Positions 30,704 through 40,673 are shown, numbered from the stretch's first letter. The stretch: DNA of 64,000 nt from Acidobacteriaceae bacterium (GCA_965218595.1 CBDCLC010000005.1:41368-105367), one strand, 5' to 3'. The notes: a model not told the origin generated them from the sequence alone. A program made the numbers and translations.

Positions 30704-30918
30704 TCCTCTGTTCTGAGACCGCACTCAGGTCCGAAGCAGGCTTCAGACCCTGAACCCACGTCTCAGAAGCGAGACGTGGGGCACCCTGTCCCTGCGGCAT
30801 CAGGGAAGAACGAATTACTCACCCACCAGGGCGGGTAGCCCACATCTCTGAAAACTCCCAGGGTGCGGGGGTGTGAGGTGCCGGGTGCCCCACATCTCGC
30901 CTCTGAGATGTGGGTTCC
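30704..30918. repeat. Family B doublet (plus one half unit) between convergent MFS gene and murA
   Basis: AACCCACGTCTCAGAAGCGAGACGTGGGGCACCC at 30753; GGGTGCCCCACATCTCGCCTCTGAGATGTGGGTT at about 30883; flanks match the reverse complement of 18985-19148. Confidence 0.9.
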
Positions 30919-30933
30919 CCAACCCGTACCCTT

Positions 30934-32226
30934 TTACCGCTTACCGAAGACGTCGCCCATGCGGCGCATCTGCGCGCCCACGCCGCGGAGCTTCTCCTCA
31001 AAACGCTCGTAGCCGCGATCGAGATGGTACACGCGGTCGAGTATGGTCTCGCCATCGGCCACCAGGGCAGCCAGCACCAGCGACGCCGAGGCGCGGAGGT
31101 CCGAGCACATCACCGCCGCCGACTGGAGATCGCTCTTGCCGCGGACGCTGGCGGTGCGCCCGTTTACCGTGATGTTGGCGCCCATGCGGTTCAGCTCCCC
31201 CACATGCATAAAGCGGTTTTCAAAGATATTCTCCGTCACCAGGGTGGTGCCCTCGGTCTGGGTGGCGAGCGCCATGTACTGCGCCTGCATGTCGGTGGGA
31301 AATCCGGGGTACTCTTCCGTCACGATGTCGGTCGCTCGCAGGGAGCCATCGGCCGAGCCGGAGGAGCGCACCCGGACGCAGTCGGTGCCGACATCCAGGC
31401 GCACGCCGGCCTGCTCCAGCTTCGAAAGCACTGACCCGAGGTGAGCGGGGTTGCAGCCGTCCACATTTAGGTCGCCGCCGGTGATGGCGCCGGCGATCAG
31501 AAACGTGCCGGCTTCGATCCGGTCGGGGTTGATGCGGTGGCGCGCGCCATGGAGTTTTGCGACCCCCTCAACCCGGATGGTGGAGGTGCCGGCGCCCGTG
31601 ATCCTGGCCCCCATGGCGTTGAGCAGGTTGGCCAGGTCGAGCACCTCGGGCTCTCGGGCGCAGTTCTCAAAGAGCGTCTCGCCCTCGGCCAGGGTGGCAG
31701 CCATCAGCAGATCTTCGGTGCCGGTCACGGTGATCTTGTCGAAGACGATGTGCGCTCCCTGCAGCCGGTCCGTGCGCGCCTCCAGGTAGCCGTGCTCCTG
31801 GGTAACCGTCGCGCCCATGGCTTCGAGCCCTTTGATGTGGAGGTCGATCGGCCGGCCACCGATGGCACATCCGCCGGGCATCGCCACCCGCGCAATGCCG
31901 GTGCGGGCGATGAGCGGACCGAGCACGAGCGAGGAGGCCCGCATGGTCTTGACGATCTCGTACTTGGCGACGGGATCGGACAGAACGCCGCATTTGATGC
32001 GGGTGCGGTGCTGGGCCCGGCCGTAGCCGAGCTCCACCTCGGCTCCCATCGAGGCCAGCAGCCTTCGCTCGGTCTCGATGTCCCGGACCTGCGGAATATT
32101 CTCGAGAATCACCTCATCCTCGGTCAGGATGGCGGCGGCCATGCAGGGAAGCGCGGAGTTCTTGGCGCCTGAGACCTTCAGGGTGCCGAGCAGGGGATTG
32201 CCACCGCGTACAACAAACTTGTCCAT
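30934..32226 (-). CDS. murA: UDP-N-acetylglucosamine 1-carboxyvinyltransferase
   Basis: [53 protein letters not shown]. Confidence 0.97.
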   Translation of the reverse strand: MDKFVVRGGNPLLGTLKVSGAKNSALPCMAAAILTEDEVILENIPQVRDIETERRLLASMGAEVELGYGRAQHRTRIKCGVLSDPVAKYEIVKTMRASSLVLGPLIARTGIARVAMPGGCAIGGRPIDLHIKGLEAMGATVTQEHGYLEARTDRLQGAHIVFDKITVTGTEDLLMAATLAEGETLFENCAREPEVLDLANLLNAMGARITGAGTSTIRVEGVAKLHGARHRINPDRIEAGTFLIAGAITGGDLNVDGCNPAHLGSVLSKLEQAGVRLDVGTDCVRVRSSGSADGSLRATDIVTEEYPGFPTDMQAQYMALATQTEGTTLVTENIFENRFMHVGELNRMGANITVNGRTASVRGKSDLQSAAVMCSDLRASASLVLAALVADGETILDRVYHLDRGYERFEEKLRGVGAQMRRMGDVFGKR

Positions 32227-32663
32227 AGGGGATAGTGTACGGAGGGAGAAGGTGGAAGAAGCAGGGTGGGGTACCTGCCTGGGGTCGCCAGGCCTGGGCG
32301 CGAAGCGGGGAGCCGGTCGGGTCCGGTGAAGACGGCTGGACGGGACTCGCTTTAGTTGGCTATCGCCGGCGCAGCGGGAAGAAAACAAAGGTGTAGCGGA
32401 GATCGACCTGCGGCCAGCAGACCGGACGTGCGTTGCAGTCGAGGGCAACCGGCGAGCGGTGCTCGAAGCCGGACGCGGCCGCCAGATGGAGCAGGTCTTT
32501 CCTCTCGCGGCGCGTGACGATCCTGGTGGGTGCACCATGGGCGGAACGAGGCGGGAGGCCCCGAACTTCAGGCGAAGGTACAGGCGAAACAGAGGCTCGG
32601 GGGCAAGCAGAGCGCGTTTGAGACGTCGGCGAAGCCGGCGGAAGTGCGCCAGCGATGCCCTTT

Positions 32664-33632
32664 CTACAGCTCCAGGCGGGAGTCTTCAATGGCCAGCCGC
32701 ACGTTGCCGTCAGACTTCTGCAGGCGGCGTACCGCTTCCATCTTGTCGACGCCGGCTTTGAGCATGACGACGGCGATGGGGATGGATTTGCCCGCGATCT
32801 TGATGGTCCGGATCGCGGTATCCCGGTCGATGCCGCAGACCCGCATCAAGACGCGGATGCCGCGATCCACCAGCTTCTCGTTCTTCATGTGTACGTTGAC
32901 CATCTGGTTCTCGTACACGTATCCGAGTCGGGTCATGGCCCCGGTGGTGATCATGTTCAGGATCATCTTTTGGGCAGTGGAGGCCTTCATGCGCGTGGAT
33001 CCGGCGATGACCTCCGGGCCGACCTCGGCCAGAACGGTGACGTCGGCGACCTCGGCCAGCGCGGTGTGCGGGTTGCAGGTGATCGCCGCGGTCTTGGCTC
33101 CGCGGGCGCGGGCGTACTCCACCGCGCCGACCACGTAGGGTGTGCGACCCGAGGCCGAGACGCCGACGACGATATCCTTACGGGTGGGACGGCGGCGTGC
33201 GATATCGCGCTGCCCGATCTCGGGCGAATCTTCGTTCACATCCGAGGCGCTGGCCAGGGCCTTGGGACCACCCGCCATGAGGTACTGCACCTGCGAAGGA
33301 GCGGTCGAAAAGGTGGGCGGGCACTCGGATGCGTCAAGCGAGGAGATGCGGCCGGAGGAGCCGGCACCGACGTAGATGAGCCGGCCTCCGTCGCGCAGGG
33401 AGCGCGCGACCGTGTCGATTACCTGCGCGATCTCCGGAAGCGCTTTTCTGACCGCCGACGCAATCTTTGCGTCCTCGTGGTTGATGATGCGAGCGATCTC
33501 GAGCGCGGACTTGGTATCGAGCCCTTCCGAAGCGGTGTTCGCCGTTTCGGTCGTGAGATTCTGAAGATTCGAGGACGTGCGCGTCTCGTTCCGTGGTGAA
33601 GGAGCCTGATCGAGCATGGTAAGTGTCGCCAT
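32664..33632 (-). CDS. murQ: N-acetylmuramic acid 6-phosphate etherase
   Basis: LTTETAN, GAGSSGR...LDASECPPTF, SASGRTPYV, GPEVIAGSTRMKASTAQKMILNM. Confidence 0.95.
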   Translation of the reverse strand: MATLTMLDQAPSPRNETRTSSNLQNLTTETANTASEGLDTKSALEIARIINHEDAKIASAVRKALPEIAQVIDTVARSLRDGGRLIYVGAGSSGRISSLDASECPPTFSTAPSQVQYLMAGGPKALASASDVNEDSPEIGQRDIARRRPTRKDIVVGVSASGRTPYVVGAVEYARARGAKTAAITCNPHTALAEVADVTVLAEVGPEVIAGSTRMKASTAQKMILNMITTGAMTRLGYVYENQMVNVHMKNEKLVDRGIRVLMRVCGIDRDTAIRTIKIAGKSIPIAVVMLKAGVDKMEAVRRLQKSDGNVRLAIEDSRLEL

Positions 33633-34020
33633 CTGCCTTGATTTACCTCTTACGTTCCGCGATCATAGCCCTGCCGACGTCCATGGACAGGCAGGATGCG
33701 CTGATCGATGTTGAACCGTAGCCAACAGCCCAGTATATGCCTCGAAAGTTGCAGATTGGCCGAACTGCCCTGCTGGCTGTACCTCGCAGGTTGCCTCCAC
33801 GGGCGGAGGACTGTAAGTGCATCCACCCGCAAGCGCCCGCTCATCAGTAGTTTGGATGCTTTCTGAGTCGGGCGGGACTACCCACGGCTCGCGGCAGGAA
33901 GTGATTGAGGCAGCGGAGTAACCGGGGAGCAAGGGCTCGGACTCCCTTCTGTGTTTTCGCGGGCACGGCCCACCGGTGGCGGTGGCACCACCCTTGGGGC
34001 GTCATCTTGGGGACGGTAAA

Positions 34021-34641
34021 ATGGAGTTCGACAGGCTATCTCGACGGCTTGCCGCGGAGCGGACGATGGAGCAGGAGCAGCGAGAGGAGCCGGGAACACC
34101 TGGCAGACATGATTCGGGACAGGGATCTCCGTCGGGGTCGGTGCGCTCCTGGGTGCGGGACCTGGTGGTCTCGATCGCGATCTCTGCTTTTATCATCATC
34201 TTTCTGTACCAGCCGGTGCGGGTGGAGGGCACCAGCATGCTGCCCCGCCTGGAGGATCAGGACCGCTTGTTTATCAACAAGATGGCGTACCGCGTGGGGG
34301 AGATCCACAGGGGCGATGTGGTTGTGTTTCTGTACCCGCGCGACCACCAGAAGAGCTACATCAAGCGGGTGATCGCGCTGCCTGGAGACGATCTGCGCAT
34401 CGATCATGGCCGGGTCTACGTGAACGGCAAGCTGATCCGGGAGAGCTACGTTCCTCTGCGGTACGAGGACACACGATCCGAGGCGGAGGAGGTCATTCCG
34501 CCGCACGACTACTTTGTTATGGGCGATCACCGGTCCATCTCGAGCGACAGCCGGGACTTCGGTCCGGTGGACCGGTCGTTGATCTACGGCAAGGCCGCGT
34601 TTGTGTACTGGCCACTGGAGCAGATCGGCGTCGTGCATTAG
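34021..34641 (+). CDS. lepB: Signal peptidase I
   Basis: GTSMLPRL (Ser), YIKRVIALPGD (Lys), FVMGDHRSISSDSR.FG. Confidence 0.95.
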   Translation: MEFDRLSRRLAAERTMEQEQREEPGTPGRHDSGQGSPSGSVRSWVRDLVVSIAISAFIIIFLYQPVRVEGTSMLPRLEDQDRLFINKMAYRVGEIHRGDVVVFLYPRDHQKSYIKRVIALPGDDLRIDHGRVYVNGKLIRESYVPLRYEDTRSEAEEVIPPHDYFVMGDHRSISSDSRDFGPVDRSLIYGKAAFVYWPLEQIGVVH

Positions 34642-34670
34642 GCCCGATCGACAGGCAGCCAAACAGGTTG

Positions 34671-34716
34671 GTCTTTCGACCGGAACGAGATGGTTTTTCG
34701 TTGTATTTTGCCGCAG
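34671..34716. repeat. Internally deleted family A unit
   Basis: TCGACCGGAACGAGATGG...TGTATTTTGC matches the reverse complement of 3787-3846 but lacks the central GTGGAGAGACC box. Confidence 0.6.
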
Positions 34717-34761
34717 AATGGCAGGACATAGACTCAGAGCTGCACCCCGATACAAACAGCT

Positions 34762-34998
34762 CTAGTTGCCCCGGCCCCGTTTGCCTGCTCTGGATCTTTG
34801 GGCGAAGCGAAGGAGACTTCCCGCCAGGATCAGCGCCAGGCCTGCGAACAGGGCGGCCTCGGCTGCGTGGGCTGCCAGGCCAAACTGCCGCACCGCCAGG
34901 GCGATGGCGCCGATCCACGCCAGAATGGCGACCGCAAAGCGGCCGTCGTCCACAAACAACCCCCAAACCTCGCGCACCACGTTCCGCAGCCAGCTCAT
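34762..34998 (-). CDS. Small (78 aa) membrane protein, translationally coupled to the upstream gene
   Basis: MSWLRNVVREVWGLFVDDG followed by two TM helices; ATG overlaps the upstream stop codon. Confidence 0.75.
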   Translation of the reverse strand: MSWLRNVVREVWGLFVDDGRFAVAILAWIGAIALAVRQFGLAAHAAEAALFAGLALILAGSLLRFAQRSRAGKRGRGN

Positions 34999-35762
34999 CC
35001 GGTTTGGCTCCGTTCTGTGCGCCGGGGCGCCCGACACAGGGCGACCATCAGCAGAGCCACAGCGAGATAGCCGAGCAGCAGCCCACCGATGGCCCAGTCC
35101 TCCCCTGGCCATCCGAGGCCCAGCCCCTCGCCCACCCAGAAGGTGCCGAAGGCCGACAGCAGAACGCCCACCGCAAACTTCAGCAGGTTTTCAGGAACGC
35201 GCGCCAACGGCCGGTGCAGCAGCAGCCCCAGCAGGACCACGACCACGAGCGCGGCCGCCGCACCCAGGCTGGCCGGCAGCAGCATCCTCGCGCCGCCCGC
35301 GCCCACCGCGAGCACGATAAAGACGACCTCGGTGCCTTCGAGCATGACGATGTTGAAGGCGGTTGCCACGCCGGCTCTGTCGAAGCTGCCAAGGGTGAAG
35401 CTGCCCGCCCGCAGCGTCGCCTCGTTCTTGCGGAACGCGGCCGCCTCGTCGTGCAGCGGAAGCAGCCCGGCCGCGCGCAGAATCGCCTTGCGCAGCCAGC
35501 GGAGAGCGAACAGGAGGGAGAGCGCCCCCACGGAGAGCTGGAGCAGGCGAATCGGCATCAGGCTGAGCGCCGGTCCGATGGCGGCGACGAGCAGGGCAAG
35601 CACCAGGACGGCCATCCCCGCGCCGGCCAGCGCCGATCGCCAGCCGCGCACCGTGCCGACCGCGAGAACCACGGTGAGGGCCTCGACACACTCCACCAGC
35701 GACGCCAGAAACGCCGCCAGAACGGACGTTCCCGCATGGGCCCAGATGCCCGCCATCGGCAT
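34995..35762 (-). CDS. COG4280-like membrane protein (TMEM165/GDT1-related, duplicated E-x-x-E motif)
   Basis: SLVECVEALTVVLAVG and MLEGTEVVFIVLAVG internal repeat; FGTFWVGEG. Confidence 0.8.
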   Translation of the reverse strand: MPMAGIWAHAGTSVLAAFLASLVECVEALTVVLAVGTVRGWRSALAGAGMAVLVLALLVAAIGPALSLMPIRLLQLSVGALSLLFALRWLRKAILRAAGLLPLHDEAAAFRKNEATLRAGSFTLGSFDRAGVATAFNIVMLEGTEVVFIVLAVGAGGARMLLPASLGAAAALVVVVLLGLLLHRPLARVPENLLKFAVGVLLSAFGTFWVGEGLGLGWPGEDWAIGGLLLGYLAVALLMVALCRAPRRTERSQTG

Positions 35763-36872
35763 CTATGCCTTCTCTTCGGCGGCCTGCTTCGCCGCGATCT
35801 CTTCAAGCTGCCGCCGCCAGTCGAGATCCTCGACAAATCCGCGGCTCGACCGCCACTCCTCCTGCACCTTCACAAACAGCTCCAGAAAGACGCGCGTTCC
35901 AAGCACGCTCTCGATCTCCTTGCGCGAGGCTGTGCCGATCCGCTTTAGCATCTCGCCGGCGCGGCCGATCAGGATGGCCTTTTGCCCGGTGCGCTCGACA
36001 AAGATGGCGGCGGCGATCCGGGTGACGGGCAGCTTGCCGTCGCGCGCCTTCTTCGCACCCGCTGGAGGGTCCTGCCATCGCTCCACCACGACGGCTGAGG
36101 CGTAGGGCACCTCCTCGCCGGTCAGCAGCAGAATCTTCTCGCGGATGATCTCGGCGACGAAAAAACGCTCGGGCTGGTCCGTCAGCTGGCCCTTCGGGAA
36201 CGGCCGGCCACCCTCCGGCAGAACAGCGATGACCTTGTCCAGAAGCAGATCGAGGTTTTCCTTCTTGCGCGCGGAGATGGGCACGACCTCGGCAAACGGG
36301 TGCAGCGCGCTCCAGTGCGCGATCAGGGGCAGCAGCTCCGCCTTCGGCACGGCGTCGATCTTGTTGAGCACAAGAAGAACCGGGCAGGTGAGCTTCTGGA
36401 CGAGCGACAGCGCAAACTCGTCCTCGGCCGCGCTCAGGTCGCGTTTGCGAGCGCCGAACGATCGGCTGCGCGGCGCGGTCGCCCCGTTCTCAGGCTCTTC
36501 CGCATCTTTCCCGGGAGGTGCGCTCCGGTCGCGCGAACCCGGCAGGCGGTGTGTCGCATCCACCAGGAACAGAACGGCGTCGCGCTCTTCCAGGGCGTCC
36601 TGCACCTCCTGCATCATGCGCCGGTCCAGCTGCGTTTGGGGCTGGTGGACCCCCGGCGTGTCGACCAGCACCACCTGCGCGGCGGGGTGGCCCGCGTCGG
36701 TCCGAGTCTTTTTGCGCAGCGGCACCTCCACCACGCCGCGGATGCGCGTGCGCGTGGTCTGCGGCTTGTGCGTCACAATCGCCAGCTTCTGTCCCAGCAG
36801 AGCGTTCAGCAGCGTGGACTTGCCGGCGTTTGGCCGGCCGACGATCGAGACAAATCCGGAGCGAAAGCTCAT
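35763..36872 (-). CDS. era: GTPase Era
   Basis: GRPNAGKSTL, QTTR, DTPG, NKID, EEVPY, KH domain GQKAILIG..G..LKRIG. Confidence 0.96.
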   Translation of the reverse strand: MSFRSGFVSIVGRPNAGKSTLLNALLGQKLAIVTHKPQTTRTRIRGVVEVPLRKKTRTDAGHPAAQVVLVDTPGVHQPQTQLDRRMMQEVQDALEERDAVLFLVDATHRLPGSRDRSAPPGKDAEEPENGATAPRSRSFGARKRDLSAAEDEFALSLVQKLTCPVLLVLNKIDAVPKAELLPLIAHWSALHPFAEVVPISARKKENLDLLLDKVIAVLPEGGRPFPKGQLTDQPERFFVAEIIREKILLLTGEEVPYASAVVVERWQDPPAGAKKARDGKLPVTRIAAAIFVERTGQKAILIGRAGEMLKRIGTASRKEIESVLGTRVFLELFVKVQEEWRSSRGFVEDLDWRRQLEEIAAKQAAEEKA

Positions 36873-36936
36873 CCCGCTATTATCGCGCGGACCGTGCCGT
36901 GTTCAGGCAGACACCGGACAGCGTACACTGGCCCGC

Positions 36937-38112
36937 ATGCGTTCAGCCCTCCGTCTTCTCGCCGCCACCGCCGCCATCGCCATCCCAGCTTCCATGCCTA
37001 TCGAGATTGCAGCGGCGCAGACGGGGGCGCAGACGGCGGCGAAGACCGCCGGAGCCTTCCAGTCCACGACCATCCATCCGGACCGCACGGTGACCTTCCG
37101 TTACCAGGACCCGACCGCTACCAGGGCGGAGCTGTCGCTCGAAGGCGAGGCCAAGTCCATCCCCATGCAAAAGGGCGAGGATGGCACCTGGACGGCGACC
37201 AGCGAGGCGCTGGCGCCCGAGATCTACGGCTACCACTTCCAGGTCGACGGCCACCCTCGGCTCGATCTCCACAACACCCGCCTGACAACCAACCTGCTGA
37301 ACCTGTCGAATCTTCTCGACGTCCCCGGCGACAGCCCGGAGCCGTGGGAGCCGCAGAATGTACCCCACGGTGAGGTCCACCACCACATCTACACCACGTC
37401 GGTCGTCACCGGTCTGCCGGAGAATCAGTCGGACTTCTACGTCTACACGCCGCCGGGCTACGATGCGAAGGCGAAGCAGACCTACCCCGTGCTCTATCTG
37501 CTGCACGGCTACTCCGACCGTGCAGACGGCTGGACGGCGGTCGGGCAGGCAAACCTGATCTTCGACGCTCTGCTGGCCAGTGGCAAGATCAAGCCGATGA
37601 TCGTGGTCATGCCGCTCGGCTACGGCGAAATGAGCTTTGTTCTGAGCGGCTTCGACAACTGGCGCACACCTGCGGTCGTTGCCCGGAACACCGACCAGTT
37701 TTCGAAGGCCCTGCTAACCGAGGTGCTGCCGCGGGTGGAGGCGCAGTACCACGTCTCGAAGAAGCGTGGTGACCGTGCCATCGCCGGGCTCTCCATGGGT
37801 GGCCTCGAATCGCTCTCGACCGGCCTGAACAATACGGACAAGTTCGCCTATGTGGTTGGTCTTTCCTCGGCGGCGGCAAGCATCGATCGCGATCGCCTGA
37901 AGGACCTCAACCCCAAATCCGCCGATCTGAAGCTGCTGTGGATCGCCTGCGGCAGCTCCGACGGCCTGCTTCGGGCCAACCAGGACTTCGTCGCCTTTCT
38001 GAAAAGCAAGCAGATGCCGGTGCAGTTTGTCGAAACGCCGGGCATGCACACGTGGATGGTGTGGCGCAACAACCTCGTCCACTTCGCCCCTCTGCTGTTT
38101 CAGTCCAGGTAG
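36937..38112 (+). CDS. Secreted esterase (N-terminal Ig-like/E-set domain plus alpha/beta hydrolase)
   Basis: Signal peptide; VYTPPGY, YPVLYLLHG, nucleophile elbow GLSMGG, GMHTW. Confidence 0.9.
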   Translation: MRSALRLLAATAAIAIPASMPIEIAAAQTGAQTAAKTAGAFQSTTIHPDRTVTFRYQDPTATRAELSLEGEAKSIPMQKGEDGTWTATSEALAPEIYGYHFQVDGHPRLDLHNTRLTTNLLNLSNLLDVPGDSPEPWEPQNVPHGEVHHHIYTTSVVTGLPENQSDFYVYTPPGYDAKAKQTYPVLYLLHGYSDRADGWTAVGQANLIFDALLASGKIKPMIVVMPLGYGEMSFVLSGFDNWRTPAVVARNTDQFSKALLTEVLPRVEAQYHVSKKRGDRAIAGLSMGGLESLSTGLNNTDKFAYVVGLSSAAASIDRDRLKDLNPKSADLKLLWIACGSSDGLLRANQDFVAFLKSKQMPVQFVETPGMHTWMVWRNNLVHFAPLLFQSR

Positions 38113-38154
38113 CCGGGCATCACGCGACCGCATCAGGCCGTCACACAGGAGAAG

Positions 38155-39042
38155 ATGATGACGACGAAGTCCCCCCACCTTATCAAGCCCGGCAGCGGCG
38201 TCAAGCTGGAAAAGCTGCCTACGCGGTCCAGGCAGAAGTACAAGCGTTCCGAGGCCAGGGACCTGCTGCGAAAGCATCGCGCGACCATGTCCGGCATGCA
38301 GGAGGTGCTGTACGCCGGGGAGCAGAAAGCGCTGCTGATCGTGTTGCAGGGCATGGACACCGCCGGCAAGGACGGCACCATCCGGCACATCTTCTCCGGC
38401 ATCAACCCGCAGGGCTGCCAGGTCGCGTCCTTCAAGGTACCCACCTCGCTTGAACTGCGGCACGACTTCCTGTGGCGCGTGCACAGCAAGGTGCCGCCGC
38501 GCGGCATGATCGGTCTCTTCAATCGATCCCACTACGAGGACGTGCTCTCGCCGCGCGTGCACAAGCAGATCAGCAAGAAAACCGCGGAACGGCACATCGC
38601 CGAGATCAACGACTTCGAATCGATGCTGTGGCACAACGATGTGACGATTCTTAAGTTCTTCCTCCACATCTCCAAGGAAGAGCAGGGGCGCCGTCTGCAG
38701 GCGCGGCTGGACGATCCGGACAAGTACTGGAAGCTCTCGGAAGGGGACTTTCACGAGCGCACCTTCTGGGAGGACTACCAGGAGGCCTACAGCGACGTGA
38801 TCTCGGCGACCAGCCACAAACATGCTCCGTGGTTTATCATCCCGGCCGATCAGAAGTGGTACCGCAATCTGGCCATCTCGGGCATTCTGGCAGAAGCCAT
38901 GTCTGGCATGAAGCTCTCCTATCCGGAGTCGACCTTTGACCCGGGCGCAGTCAGGCTGGACGGATTTACCGTGCCGAAGGGTGCGGTGGAGAAGACCGGG
39001 TCGCGCAAGGCGAGCGGCGGCGGCGGCACCACGGCAAGCTGA
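38155..39042 (+). CDS. ppk2: Polyphosphate kinase 2 family protein
   Basis: QGMDTAGKDGTI, NPQG, FNRSHYEDVL, KFFLHIS, APWFIIPAD.KW. Confidence 0.94.
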   Translation: MMTTKSPHLIKPGSGVKLEKLPTRSRQKYKRSEARDLLRKHRATMSGMQEVLYAGEQKALLIVLQGMDTAGKDGTIRHIFSGINPQGCQVASFKVPTSLELRHDFLWRVHSKVPPRGMIGLFNRSHYEDVLSPRVHKQISKKTAERHIAEINDFESMLWHNDVTILKFFLHISKEEQGRRLQARLDDPDKYWKLSEGDFHERTFWEDYQEAYSDVISATSHKHAPWFIIPADQKWYRNLAISGILAEAMSGMKLSYPESTFDPGAVRLDGFTVPKGAVEKTGSRKASGGGGTTAS

Positions 39043-39067
39043 GAACTTCGGGGCCGGGTGCGCTGCC

Positions 39068-39603
39068 TGTCATCTCGACCGGAGCGGAGCCGAGACGCCT
39101 GTATTTCGCTTTGGCCGGTACAGGTTGTGGCTCGAAGAGGGACGACTTCGCTCGCACCCTTTGCCCGGGGTGATCTGCAAAATACAGGGGTCTCTCCACT
39201 GCGGATGCGAAAGGCGCGTCCTCCGGTCGAGATGACGGGGTGCTGTGGTGAAAGACGCGTCCTTCGGTCGAGAAGACGGGTTGCTGTGTGAAAGACGGGT
39301 CTTCCGGTCGAGAGGACAAAGTGCTGTGGCAGCTTGTCATCTCGACCGGAGCGTAGCGAAGTGGAGAGACCCCTGTATTTCGCTTTGGCCGGTACAGGTT
39401 GTGGCTCGAAGAGGGATGACCTCGCTCGCACCCTTGCCGGGGCGAACTGCAAAATACAGGGGTCTCTCCACTGCGGACGCGAAAGGCGCGTCCTTCGGTC
39501 GAGATGACGGGTTGATGTGGTAAAACACGCGTCCTCCGGTCGAGAGGACGGGCTGCTGTGGTGAAAGGCGGGTCCTCCGGTCGAGAGGACGGGCTGCTGT
39601 GGC
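39068..39603. repeat. Tandem duplication (267-bp period) of a family A inverted doublet, each followed by 41-bp hairpin repeats
   Basis: TGTCATCTCGACCGGAGC at 39068 and 39335; CGGTCGAG at 39224/39265/39305 and 39496/39537/39578. Confidence 0.93.
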
Positions 39604-39646
39604 AATCTGCTGCCGCCAGAATAGGGCTCTCCGAGGTGCTCTGAGG

Positions 39647-40642
39647 CTACCGGGTCACCAGCACGATCGCCGCGGCTGCAACGGCCAGTCCCCATCCCTG
39701 CCGGACCGTGGGACGCTCGCGCAGCAGAAGCGCCGCCATGCCGACGGTGGAGGCCGGGTAAAGCGACGCCAGCACCGCGGCCACGTCCAGACGTCCGGCC
39801 TGCGTCGCCGCCACAAACAGGAGGTTGCCGCAGGTGTCCCCGATTGCGGTGGCGACTGCCCAAAGCACGGCTGACCGGTTCCAACGTGCGCCGCTGCGCC
39901 CGCTCGCGGGGGATCGCAACAGGAGCATCGCGATCGTCGCCGTGCTGAGACTCCCCACCCGCACCAGGGCCAGGGGCAGAAACAGGCCGGCGTGCCCGGC
40001 CTGCCGGAGCGCCACGAAATAAAGTCCGAAGCCGGCTCCCGCAGCCAGCGCCAGCAGCGAAGTCCCGCGGTACCCCGAATCGCTGCTCCCGCCTGGTTCT
40101 CTGCTCCCGACCGGCCCGCTGCGCTCGCCCGGTCCGCTGCGCTCGCCCGGTCCGCTGCGCTCGCCCGGTCCGCTGCTACCGGCCGGCTCGGCCTTCTCCG
40201 CGGGACTCGCCGCGATCAGCCAGATCGCCACTCCCGCGATCGCAAAGCCGACGATCTGCGGCCGCCCTGGAGCTCCCTCGGTCGCCGCCGAGACCAGCGC
40301 CGGAATCGCCGCTGCGAGCAGGCCGCTCAGCACCGCAGAGACGCCCATGCCGCCGCGCGCCAGGGCCACGTAGAAGCCCATCAGGGAGAGTCCGCCCAGA
40401 ACGCCAGCCAGGAGAGCCCACACCGTGGACGGCATCCCTGGCATCCGGTCGCCGCGCGCCCAGGCCAGCGTCAGCAGAGCGATGAGACTGAGGCCATGGC
40501 TCACCAGGATGACCCGCACGGCCGCCCGCAGACCGCCACCGGTAAGGCGCACCGCCATGCCGCCGGCAAAGTCGCCTATGCCCCACAGAAACGCCGCCAT
40601 CAGCGCCAGGCCGGCATTGCCCGCAAACAGAGAGGCGAACAT
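39647..40642 (-). CDS. DMT/EamA family transporter
   Basis: Two 5-TM EamA repeats (WGIGDFAGG; LASLYPASTV) joined by a low-complexity linker. Confidence 0.88.
   Translation of the reverse strand: MFASLFAGNAGLALMAAFLWGIGDFAGGMAVRLTGGGLRAAVRVILVSHGLSLIALLTLAWARGDRMPGMPSTVWALLAGVLGGLSLMGFYVALARGGMGVSAVLSGLLAAAIPALVSAATEGAPGRPQIVGFAIAGVAIWLIAASPAEKAEPAGSSGPGERSGPGERSGPGERSGPVGSREPGGSSDSGYRGTSLLALAAGAGFGLYFVALRQAGHAGLFLPLALVRVGSLSTATIAMLLLRSPASGRSGARWNRSAVLWAVATAIGDTCGNLLFVAATQAGRLDVAAVLASLYPASTVGMAALLLRERPTVRQGWGLAVAAAAIVLVTR
40111..40176. repeat. In-frame 18-bp VNTR (about 3.7 copies) inside the EamA gene
   Basis: CCGGTCCGCTGCGCTCGC repeats encoding (GPGERS)3 on the minus strand. Confidence 0.9.
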
Positions 40643-40673
40643 GGGCAGCCCGGACCGAGCGAACGACGGCCGC

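Noticed and set aside
33780-33860. CTGATGA on the minus strand suggesting a hammerhead ribozyme
   Set aside because: The required GAAA core does not follow on the same strand; no three-stem junction.
39224-39603. 41-bp periodic hairpins as a possible CRISPR array
   Set aside because: Linkers are near-identical, there are only three units per block, and the units derive from the family A terminus.
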